NCBI GenBank assembly: GCA_013265495.1 | Contig: MU058718.1 | Coordinates: 2,627,779 to 2,691,778, forward strand | DNA: 64,000 bases | Source: Vicugna vicugna | Taxonomy: Eukaryota | Direction: 5' to 3' | Shown here: positions 11,701 through 23,700 of the stretch, piece by piece | Layout of the letters: every line of letters begins with the position of its first letter | How positions within the stretch are numbered: the first letter of the stretch is position 1 | Notes under the pieces: generated by a model | Database searches by the model: none | What the model was told of the DNA's origin: nothing | What the model saw: the letters and a program-made list of their open reading frames with translations, nothing else | Made by a program: the position numbers and the translations under genes

Positions 11701-14700
11701 AGCAGGACAGGCCGAGTGGGCCAGCAGCCTGAAACCTCACGTTATGACAGAACATACGTGTCAGGACAGTGGAGCCGCCACTCCTTTCCAGCCATGGGGC
11801 TGTTCGGGGTCGTCTCAACCTGGCTCTTTAATGAATGTTTCCACTTCCACTGCACAGAAGCTCTGCTGCATGGTTTTCTTGACAACACAGTTTATATTTG
11901 AAATGACCCAAAGCTGTGGCTCCATTCAGCCCTGGGTTTTTTTTTCCTCCCTAAAAACACCCCCAGCTTTAAACAGAGCTCAAGTGCTTCTCACATTAGA
12001 ATGAGGTACATTTGTAATTCGCACAGACTTGTCCCACTTGATGGGTGAGAGAGGCGGTCTGTAACAGATGCTCCTTACAGACGGAGCCACCCTGCAGGTC
12101 TGGGGTCAGGGTGAGGCGCACAGCCCCGCGGAGGGAACACTGTTTGTTCCGCCCTCATTGGAGTGGAACTCATCATTCGGTCCAATTAGACACATGCACA
12201 ACGGGCTCTCAGACAGGAGAATGCACAGAGGAGAAAATCTTGTCAGTAGAATCTCATATTTAAACATCTCAGGTCAGCAGAGATGGTGCTTTTAAAGCAA
12301 TTCATTCCTTAGGTCTGTGGTTTAAAACAAAGAAGCTGAAGGTAATTGCAGCTTAGATGTGATGAGTATTCAAATCAGCGGGTTGATGGAGGTAAGATGC
12401 TGCTTGTCCTGGCCCCTTGTGGACTCATTCTCTCTCCCTTCCTTCAACTTCTGCTTGTCCTGTAGGACTTGGGGTACTTTCTGGGGTCTGTTAGGACCCT
12501 GAAATGAGCTACTTTTCCATGCCGAGAATTGTGTAGGATTGTCATTCCACTTACTGATTTCTGCCATTTGCAGTTGTCCCTGTTTTATATCTGGTTCCCT
12601 ACTTTTGGGATTCTCTCTGGAATCCACAACCTTAAAAAGAGGCCAAAACCCATCTGTTGCTTCCCTGGTGTATTAGTAATCTGTTGCTGTATAACCCATT
12701 ACCCCCAAAATGTAGCAGCTTTGAATAATACACATTATTATTATCTACATGGCTTAGCTCATTCCTCTGCTTTAGGATTTTCCCGAGGCTGCAGTCAGGG
12801 TGTTTGCTCATCCTGGAGCCTCATCTGAAGGCCAGCTTGGGAAAGGGCCTCACATGGTTATTGGCAGGATTCAGTTCCCCAAGGACTGTTGGACCGAGAG
12901 CGTCGGGTCCTTGCTGGCTGTTGCCACATGGATCTCTCCTACAAGGTAACTGACTTCGCCAACGCCAGTGACAGGTCTACTGGCAGGATGGAAGTTATCA
13001 CAGAAATGATACCCCTTCAGTGCGGCTTTAGTGTCTTGGTTAGAAGCAGGTTATTCCGTGGAAGGGGATTACATAAGACCCTGAATACGAGGAGGAAGGG
13101 ATCTTTGGGGTCATCTTGGAGGATGCCTCCCATAGTCAGTTACCATGTGGTTGCCTTCCACGTTTTCAGACTGGGGCAGTAGAGGAGTAGTCATTTTCCT
13201 AAAGACGTATGCCTCGTATAAATCAGTCTGGGCTAATCATGAAGGTGACTTGCAGGATAAGGACGTAAATGCATGTGTGCGCATTTCGAAAGGCATGCCA
13301 CAGTGTGCATGTGTCCCAGCGACCGTGAGATGAGAGAGAGAAAGACAAGGGCTCTATTTTGTGGAAAGTGTGCACACTCACAGCACACGTATTTGTTCCC
13401 ACTCTGTCAAACTAACAATAAAAGGATGTGTGGACTTTTCTCCAGCCAGTTTGTTAAAAACCGGGTTCCCTGGAGAGGCTGCCCTTGGCTCTGGGTTCTC
13501 AGTCTAGTCTGAGCCACTAGCAGGAATGACGTTTATCCAAGTAGAGTGAAATCTTTTCCAGCGTCCCTCAATCAGGGTGGATTCCAACCCTGTACTGGTG
13601 TGAGCTGGGCGTCTCTCAGATGTGTGTGTCGCTGCAGATCTCGGTGACTCTGCCGGTGGGGGAAGCAGATTGTTTTGAGCTGGGACCTTTCCAGGGAGGA
13701 GCACATGGGAGTTAAGGAACTGGGTCACGGAGGGCCCTTTCCCCAGGGAAGGGCCATGAGGAGAGCTACCTACACTATCCTCTTTCATGGTTTCTGTGTG
13801 AAGAATAATGTAGATGCTGGATAGGGAACAGTAAAATTGGCTCTGCCACAAGAGGGGCAGAGAACCAGGCTTGAGGGGAAGAAGCTTATTATCCTCACAG
13901 ACCCCGGAGAGCAGGCCGCTGTGGGGCCGCACGGGCACAGCCAGCAGCTGGGTTCTCGACCGACAGGTGAGGGGTGAGACCCTGCAGGTGCAAGCCTCTG
14001 CTGGGTTAGGGCGGCAGAGTGAGGAGCCTGAAGAGAGGGAGCTAGAGTCCAGGGTTTGGATTTGTTTTGAAGGGATTTCAGCTGGTTTTGGGTGAGGCCT
14101 CCAAATGAAGGCAGTGAGAAGAATGTTGACGCACCAAAATAGAGGGGTTTTAACACATTTCCCGCACAGGCTTTTAGCAGCTTATTAGAGAACAGGATGG
14201 AGAATGACACTGAGATGAAGCCACCTTGCAGCAGGTGACTGATAAAGGGGCTCTGCTGCCTTGACCTCGGTGTTCTGTCGGCCCCTGAAGCCCCAACAGT
14301 GATGGCTGAGCACCCGCTGCCCACGGCAGCCTCCCGCCTCCAGTGCTCCAACAGGAAGCTCCTCCCTTGCCAAGGGGTTAAGTCTTTCTGCCCTTGCTCC
14401 TGACACCCGACACCCTGTGAAACTGGGAAGAGTTCTTTACACAGCAGCTCTGCTTCCCCACAAACTCTCCTGGGAGGGGAGATGGGGAGATCGTAGTGCA
14501 CCCTGCCCTCTGGCCGTGGAGTGGCTGACAGGACCGCAGTTTTCTGCCATGGGGCCAGGTCCCCCAAGGAGGTGCTGGGGACTGCACTTCAGGGAGCCTT
14601 AAATTTCGTCAGCTTGGGGGACAGGAGGCTCACCTGGGATGCTTCCAGTCTCTTCAAAGACTTTCTCCCTGTTGGTCACTCGTAAGGTACTGTCTCCTCG

Positions 14701-17700
14701 TGACTTTGGTATCTGGGGAGAGGATGGCTGCCCTCTTGGATCTGTGCAGGGTTCCTAGGCCACAGGCTTTAAGAGCATGAGTTGGTACCTCTGGAGAATC
14801 CTCTTCTTCGTTCAAAAATAATCACAAGCATTTGCAACAACATGGATGGACCTCGAGATTATCATACTAAGTGAGGCAAGTCAGACAGAGAAGGGCAAAT
14901 ATATGCTATCACCTGTGTTTTAGTTTTCAAATTGCAATGTATTAATACAAATAGTTTTAAGAAAAACATGTCAATGCTATTGCATTATAAGACCAAATGG
15001 ATTTCAAAGTTCAGCTGCTATGTGTTTTCTGCTCAGATAAGAGCAGCTCTCCTTATATCAGAAGAAAATGTCCTTTAATAAAAGTAGACACTTTACTCCA
15101 CATGGTCAAATCATTCTACAGGTTTTCTCGGTTTTCACGTACGGTATCACTTATGTGGATTCTTTAAAAATGACACAAATGAACTTATTAACAAAACAGA
15201 AACAGACTCTCAGACCTAGAAAACTTATGGTTACCAAAGGGGAAAGGGTGGAGAGAGAGAAATTAGGAGTTTGGGGTTGGCAGATACAAACTACTATATA
15301 TAAAACAGATAAACAACAAGGTCCTACTATATAGCACAGGGAACTATATTCAATAGTTTGTAATGGCCTATAATGAAAAAGAATATGAAAAGGAATATAT
15401 ATATGTATAACTGAATCACTATGCTGTGCACCAGAAACTAACACAACACTGTAAACCCACTATACTTCAATTTAAAAATAATCCCAAGCAGATGATCCAT
15501 TGGTTCTAGAAATAGGCCCTGTGTCTCAGGAATTCCTGCTTCCTGCCATTGCCTGGGGTTCCTGTCACCATGAGAAGTACTTTTAGCATATGCATTATGA
15601 ATAGCTTTAACTTCCTGCATTTGGCTGCATGTTAATTTTTACAGCTTTGCTTTTACAACCTCTTCCAGGCACAGAGAACTGGATGGGCACAGCCTCACTC
15701 AACTGGGCATTTGAGTTGTTGTTCTAAAGAGACAGAGGGCCATCTTCCCAGATAATTAAATATGACAGTGTAGAACCCACATTGATTAGATGGGAGATAA
15801 AGTCTTTGTTGTTGCAACTGTTTTGATTTGGTTTGTTTTGGGTTCACTGAGGAGATAACCAGCGAACCTTGTTTGCTTCTAACCTTGCAGGTGAATTTAT
15901 AACTGTCGTCCTGCCTTTTGTTGGTGAAAGGAAGGTGACCAGGCAGGCCAACTGCTGATCTGGGCAGAGCCTCTCTGGGTGGCCTTGAACTTGGCTGTGT
16001 CAAGCATTCAGGGTTTTGGGGGGCAAATTTGAGAGAATTTGAGAGAATTAATTTGTTGACTAAACTCCCCGAGACGGAGGACAAGCAGTGTATGTGGTTA
16101 AATTGCTAATCACGGTGTAAGAGATGCCTCTCCCACGAGGAGAACGTCTGTGTTGCGTGTCCAGCTTGTCCACTTACTCGTACCCAGGAAGGGCCCTTAG
16201 CCATTGGAAGGTGGCTTAGTGAGGGTCTGGTTGCAGCAAGGGTGGCACTGATAGCCATGAAAGAGATTTCATCAGGTCCTGGGAGGCTGGGTGAGGAGCC
16301 ACTTCTGTCCCCAGCTGATGGACGTCAAATTCAGCTGTTAAGTCTCTGGCTTCCACGTCCGACGTGTCTGTGTCGCGAGCTGTACTGAACTGACACAGCT
16401 CCCTCCTGGCGCTCCTGTCCTCCAGATTTCAAGCTGGTCACCCGGCCCGCGTTTCTCCCTATTCGCACATTGTAACACTTTTTGGATGTTATCTTGGCTG
16501 TGAGGACTTTGTTTTATTTTCAGTTGAGCCTTTATCAGATCTATACCCTTTATCCTCTGTTTTACTGGGGAAGACTTCCTGTCTCTGAAGGTGGCTTATC
16601 TCAACTGCTGGGCTTTGGTTCCAACAGATAGATGGTCAAGACTTTTTGTGTGTGTGTGTGTGTGTGTGCAGGGAAGGAGGTCTTGCTATTGTCAGCGTGT
16701 GCTGATTTCAGTAAATAAAGGAATGTGAGTTGGCTCTGGTTTGAAGTTTCGGAATGTTGTAGCTTTGAGAACTCTGAAAATGAATCCTCGTGGTACTGTG
16801 TGGAGAGTGCAGGGACCTGAATTGTTTGTACCGATAAACCAGACAAATTTAGACTTTCTTTCTTACGGTTGTTTCAAAACCCCTGAGAATATTTTTTGTG
16901 TACTTTTTTATTCTACAAGTGAAAAATAAACTTTCTGACTAGTTGGGCATTCTAGAGAGTTAGGACTCTCTGATGGTACAAGACCAAACGTGCTTCTTAG
17001 TTGAAAAGGTATTTGGAGTCTCCATGGGTTTTTTTTGTCTGTAGGGAGATGGTGCCAACAACAAAAGGAAAAAAAAAATTATTGCTACATGTATTTATTT
17101 TAGTGTTACTGAAAGGAAATGGTTTATAGGCTAAACTTTAGTTTGAAGGTAATAACTTCCTGGAATTCAGTGTATGAAAGATGCTCTAGAAATATAGCCA
17201 GGATGTACTTCTCTGTGAGTGACCATGTGTTTGGTTTCTACACTGAACATGGCCCCTGACTCTGTACTAAGCTTGGCGTTGAGGTGCCAGGATGTTTCCA
17301 CTCGTGCCTAAGGGTCTTCTGAAGTTGACCCCCATCATTGATCCGTGCTCACGAAGGCCGTGGAGGAGCGGAGACTGAGTGCAGGGAGGTCACACTGTTC
17401 TTCCCTCCCTCTCTTCCTCCCTCCCTCCCTGTCCCCGTCCCTGACCACTGCAGATGTTGACGAATGCTCGGAGAACAGATGTCACCCCTCGGCGACCTGC
17501 TCCAACACCCCTGGCTCCTTCTCCTGCCGCTGCCAACCTGGATATCATGGGGATGGATTTCAGTGCACACCTGGTAAGGTTGGGTGGGCCAGATTAAACA
17601 CAGAAAACTCCCTGCTCCCTCAGTGCCCCTTTTCTGCAGCATGTCAGCCCACTCTTGATTTATCTGGGTCCAAGGCTTTAGTCGGTGGATTTTTCCAGGC

Positions 17701-20700
17701 TCTGATTTTTTTTCCTGTTTTTTTTTTTTTTTTTGGACTGCCTAGTTTACTGATAGTTCACTGGTTAGAATATTCTGGAGGATGACCCATCCATCGTCCT
17801 ACCTAGTAGCAGTTCTGGTTAATTGCCTTAGTGATCTGTTTTGCCTCGGTAAGTGTACTTTCGATGAAGGCTTGAGACCAAGCGTATAGGGAGAAATTAG
17901 GTAAATAGTGGCAGGACTAAGAAAGGAACCCAGGATTCCAAAATCCCAGTGCCTAGCCATTTCCCCCATATTATCCTATCTTCCAATTATAGGGGAAAAA
18001 AAGAGAAAAAAACCCTCAGGAGACTTTGAGGCTGGCTGGTAAAAGTGGATGGGTTGCAATGCCTTTTCTTCCTCCTTTTTATCTCCTCTGCTCTGGTCCC
18101 GGAAGACCCCACCTCAGGACTGAAGCCCTGTGAGCACCAGCAGCGTGATGCCCAGGCTCAGCGCACCCATCCCGGGGCTCTGCTCCACGTCCCACAATGT
18201 GATGAGCAAGGCCATTTCCTGCCACTGCAGTGTCATGGCAGCACGGGCTTCTGCTGGTGCGTGGACCCAGATGGTCGTGAAATCCCTGGCACCCGGACTC
18301 CTCCCGGCTCCGTCCCACCTCGCTGTGGACCACCAGGTGAGCCAGTCAGGAAAGACACCTAGTCCCAGCTTCTGCCTGGGATGGAGAAGCAGGATGGTGC
18401 TGACCACCAGGTAGGTTATAACCCCTGCCCAGACCACGCAGACTCAGGGCTGATCACCATCCCTGCATAGCTTCCTACCTCCTAGGAACACTTGAATGGT
18501 ATGCGTACACCTGTGTGCACATTCATGTTACCGGGACATAGAGACACGTGCATGACATACATGATCACTTACACGTCGGACTCCAGCCTCTTTGACCTTT
18601 GTTGAGTCCAAGACTAAAAGTTGAGACTGAGTGTGTAGGTCAGGCTGAGGCCACTCCCAAATCTGCTTTGGCAGCTTAGGGAGATCTTAGAGCTAGACGA
18701 TCTTGCCAGACCAGCCTTTGGTCCAGAAGGAAAACTGCCTTCCATATCAGTTTACATCACTTAACTCTGACTTCTGAACTGCAGCAAGCAGCCTGAAGGC
18801 TGTTTAAATATCAATAGGAAAAAACAAGCACGACACTTAGGGTGGAGCCAGCTGCTTGGCTCTAAGCTGGTAACCCCAGCCCTCTCTAGGCAGACCCAGC
18901 ATGTCCATGGGGAGTCACACTTGCCCCTGCCACCTTCAGAAGAGGGGCAGGCACCTGTTTTGTTAGTCTGAGCAATCGGAGATGCTGACAAACTTGTCTG
19001 TTACCGTCTGCGCATGCCCGGTCTGTGCGGGGCATGGTTATCCAGTGCTCGCAGCTGATACCAACTGCAGGTTGCTAAGGCAGGCTTCTGCTCCTTGCTG
19101 AGTTCAGAGATGGGAAGACCTTTATTATGAAGAACATGGGATTGGTTTGATGATATTTTAGCCAAAATAATTCCTACACGTGTCCACCAGCTTGCTATTC
19201 AAAGATCTATTTTTACCACTGAGAAGGGTTCCATAATTACTAGTCTTGGCTTTTAATGTATGAGAGCAAGAACTGAAGAATAACCCCCCCCCCATTTTGT
19301 TCCTTTCAGTAATATTAATTATTACGGCCCGGATATTAGTTGCTCTAAGATTCATGTAAGTAAAATCGGTAATGCCTGATTGAGACGTATATGGTATCTG
19401 TCCCCTTGCTTCCACAGTGCAGCCTAGTTCCTCTCTGCCCCAACTTCTAGGAAAAGGTTTCGTAGGTCTTTAAAAAAAAGGGGGGGGCGGGGGATACAGA
19501 AATTCTGTTTCACTCATGCCTACTTTTTAAAAAGTCTTAGTTCTAACTCCAGTTGGAATGTGAAGAAATCAGATGGTTGGGAGAAATCTTAAGGGAATGG
19601 TTCAGAATTCTATTAAAGTTATTAAGACAGGCATGTGTTAAGGACAGTGATCCAGAAGAGAGCACAGAGAATGAGAAATTAATTACTAAAAGAGGGACAT
19701 GTTCCTTTGTGCAGACTCGTTCCCATGGCTCAGGCTTCCATCTTAACGCTGCCATTTCTGACTAGTCTCATCTGCATAATGGGCTCAGCACAGAGTGTTC
19801 TGTGCCCCAAAGTTAAAAATATTTAAAACCCTGCCAACCAGAAAGAGAAGAGAAAGAAATCCATGGTTGAATTAAGAAGTAGCTTCAAATAGTGAGGAAT
19901 GAGAGGGATGCCCACGTATATAAGTGATGTGAGTTCCCACTTCCCAGAAGCTGGCTGGGCTGTGTGTTGTATTCCAAACAAAGACATGGGCCTCGTTGGG
20001 TGGTCCCCTGAACCAAGAATGGATCTTCCGAGTTGGGAATGTGGACCTGGGGCCGTGCTGGGAACATCTCCAGGGAACCCCACCTTGCGATGGATGGCAA
20101 GTGTTTGAGGAAGTGGCATTTCCTTCTCTGGGTCCTTTGAGACACATCTGGGTGAGGAAGTCAGTCTTTCCTTCTCCATGATGTTTGAAAAAGAGCTTTG
20201 CTTCCCATGGGTCATTAGCTACCTGAATGAAGGGCACTGGCTTCCCCCAACATGGTGAGTCTTGGAGTTGGGCTAGTTGGGTTTGAGCTCTGAGGACTTT
20301 ATTCACCATTTTCTTACTTTCCTTGAGGAACTGTAGGTGCTGGAGCCCAAATGGAATCTTTCCAACTGTTCTTTGAAGCCATTGGAAGCTTTGCCCAAAG
20401 AAGAGATCTGAAGTGACTTTTTTTAAGGGGCTCTTTCTGGCTGCCAGTTGAGTCTAGACCAAGAGGCAGGAATGATAATGGAAGCAGGGAAACCAGTGCG
20501 AAGGTTCTTGTAGTCATCCTGGCACAAAACGACAGGGTGGATGCAGGGAGAAGTGAACGTACGCTGAGTGTATTTTGAAGGCAGAGCTGACAGTTTGGAC
20601 ATATGTGGGGAGTGAGAGAAAGAAACGAGTCACGGATGACTGGGCCTGAGCAATGGAAAGATGGAGGTGCTGCTTACTGAGATGGAAGAGTCTAGGGGAG

Positions 20701-23700
20701 AGCAGCTTTGATGGAGGAAAGCCTGGTTTTTGTTAGAGATCTCTGTTACACATCCAAGTGGCGGTTATAAGCAGGTACTCGGCTCTTTGATGCCACAGAC
20801 CATAGGCTTTGAGTTGCAGGAATTAGTAAAGGAGGAGCCCTATCTATTTCAGCTCCTTTAGGTGATCCTATCTTAGGACAGTGTACAAGTTATTTAACAG
20901 CCTGCAGCAGCGTCCTCTGAGGCAGGACTGCTGTGTGTGGGACAGAACCTTGGCAGTCCTGCGGAAGCAGTCTGGGAGGAAATGCAGGTAGAAAAACTGC
21001 TCTGCATGGGAAGCCAACAAGAGCTTAAGCACAATGGTGAGCTGGGAGGGAGGGGAGGATGGGCTAGGATGCTGGAGAAAGGATGTGGGCAAGGATGCTG
21101 GAGAAAGGATGTGGCAGAGCAACATGGTGGGAAGCTGGAGAAGGTTCGGCTTTAAGATAGTCACAGAGCAGGGTGGCCAAAGGACCTCTAGGAGCTGGAG
21201 TGTCTCTCAGTCAGTATCAAGGTGTTTGCCACCGTCTCTGCTATGCTCACACATACTAATTATACGAAGATTTACTCAGTATAGTTTTCCAAAGGATGGA
21301 TACTTAGGGCCACCTAAGTAGGGCATTCAGTAATACTTTCTAAGACACATGGGCTGGTCTCAAGATAATCCTCTTAGACACAGCTCCCGGAGTCTGAAGC
21401 AGGTGGGAAAGAATCAGTATTGGCTTTAAGCATCATGTAGGCCACTGAGTCCCCAAGGAGAGTCCCCGCAAGCGCTGTCAGCAGAGGCCCCTTCCCTGGC
21501 TGAGTGAGCCCTGCGCCCCAGCTGTGACCTCCTCCTGTTCTTTCCTGCCGTGGCTGGGCCTCGCTGACAGTCTTCTGGCCCGGGGAGACCAGAGCACCAG
21601 GAGGGCCCCCTCTCCTGGTTCCTGTGGTGAACTTCTTAGAGCACTTTGCAGTTCAGGTCCAGCATCCAGGGCCTTGGCTGAGGCCATGCTCATGGACCTT
21701 GGGAGGAAGAAGGCCAGGGGACCAGGTGTGGGGATCTTGAGCGACATGCTATGTTCTGTCCCTGGCCCACAGTCAAAGGCTTTCTGTCCCTATCTGCTCA
21801 GAGCCCACCCAGAGGCCCCGGACCATCTGTGAGCGCTGGAGGGAAAGCCTGCTGGAGCACTATGGCGGCACACCCAGGGATGACCAGTACGTGCCCCAGT
21901 GTGATGACCTGGGCCACTTCACCCCGCTGCAGTGCCATGGGAAGAGTGACTTCTGCTGGTGCGTGGACAAAGACGGCAGAGAGGTGCAGGGCACCCGCTC
22001 CCAGCCTGGCACCACCCCCGCATGTAAGCACCCGGGGAGAGCCCTCACTCACCTCCGCTGCATCTGAGGTGTTCCTGCGGGCAAGCTGCCAGCCGTCAGG
22101 GAAGAGGGGGAAATAAAGGGTGGCAGGTCCAGTGGAAGAAGTCACTAATACACTGTGCTGATTTATAATCTGGTCCACCCACAATCCCAATTTGGACTTA
22201 GTGTCTGGTATTTTCATCAGCAGTTTCTGTAATTGGAACATCTGGGACTCAGCTCAATATGCAGTTCCTCCTCCAACCCCGTGTCCAGGGTGAAAAGGGA
22301 CACGTGTCACCCTGGGGCCCCAAAAAGAAGCTGACACAATACTGGCTCTGATTTTTTCCCTTAAAAAAAAAAGAAAAAAACTTCCTGCTTTGTTCTGAGG
22401 GACATGTTTTGTTGTCTTCCTCCTGGGTAATTGGCAGTGATTTACATAATTGGTCTTGGGAAAAAAACCCCAGAAATTAGAATTTCTTTTAAGGAACATC
22501 TGGAGCACATCTGTCCAGGGTAAAGAACTTTTGATGTTTCTGGAGGCTCTGCTATGTGGGAAAGTTGACTTTTCTCCCCTCTCCCCTCCCACCCTTGTCC
22601 CTCCCCTTTCTCACTGCAGGTATCCCCACGGTCGCTCCCCCCACAGTCCGGCCCACACCCCGGCCTGACGTTGCCCCTCCACCTGTGGGCACCTTCCTGC
22701 TCTACGCTCAGGGCCAGCAGATTGGCCACTTGCCCCTCAATGGTACCCGGCTTCAGAAGGACACAGCCAAGACCCTGCTGTCACTGCATGTAAAGTGGAT
22801 TTCTCCGCTGGGGGCCAGGGTGGCCTGGATTTGGGGAACGGCCTGGGGTGGAGAAGTGGGGGGGGAGTCCTGGAGGGTTTTGGGACTGCAGTCTCTTCGT
22901 GAGCCTGACACACAGAGTGGAGGTGCTCTCTGCTGCCGGGAGTCATGCTTGCCTGACACCACTTTCTCCGATGGGTTCCTGGGTTTCAGATATATGGAAA
23001 GGGACTGAGTTGTCAGGATATTGAGGCAGCACAGAGATTCCAGGGAAAATGATAGGTTAACCCGAGTCCCCAGCCTTCTCTCTGCCATAGACATCCCTGC
23101 AGAGATCCTGGAAGTCAGTTAACACCAGCTTCATTGTGGCAGCCCCTCCCTTCCCCTCCCACGTGGTTCTGTTCACCAGCATCTTTTCTGATCTTCCCTG
23201 ACTCCTCCATAGATAAAAACTGGGGGAGCATGTGATGCTGGGAAAGCAGTGGACAGGGTTTTTCCCAGGGGATGCTGGATGCTTCCTGAGCCAGCAGTCT
23301 CCCTACGGTCAAGGCACCCCATTCTGGAGGAGGGATTTCTTCTCTAAAATGGAGAAGAGACGGGAGCTCACAAGAAGCACACTGACACTTACAATGGAAC
23401 ATCATCTAATTCCATTTCTGAACTTCCCACGCTCCAGGTACTTGCTCATCTATGAGAACGAACGTTAGTGTCCATGTTTACATCTACTCCCGTTAACGAA
23501 CAGCCCCTTATCCAGTTCCAGAAAAGTTTAGAGGTAGCCAGTGTTCAGAAAAAGATGTGGGGTGTGGGTTTTTCTTCATCCTTTTAAAGATTTAAATTGG
23601 GTATGTGTGTTTGCCAACACTAGCGCTGTTTTCTAAGTTTTTCTAAAAGAAAATTGTCATCACCTCAAGCTAACCATCTATTCTAGTCAAGTCAGATGGC

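Noticed and set aside
11617..11901. ORF resembling the tail of ORF 9433-9693 (CFH..CT.ALL.GFL.N)
   Set aside because: The similarity reflects the duplicated intronic DNA reported as a finding; neither copy has exon boundaries there.
13785..14567. 260-aa minus-strand ORF, the longest in the track
   Set aside because: GC-rich intron, no recognisable domain, no convincing splice or promoter context; several overlapping ORFs here suggest low stop-codon density.
18990..19040. NRF1/p53-like motifs and a small catgccc...gggcatg inverted repeat
   Set aside because: All matches are imperfect and short enough to occur by chance.
21798..22241. Antisense ORFs over NID2 exons (also 10500-10928, 18114-18437)
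   Set aside because: Shadow ORFs of GC-rich coding exons with no independent evidence.
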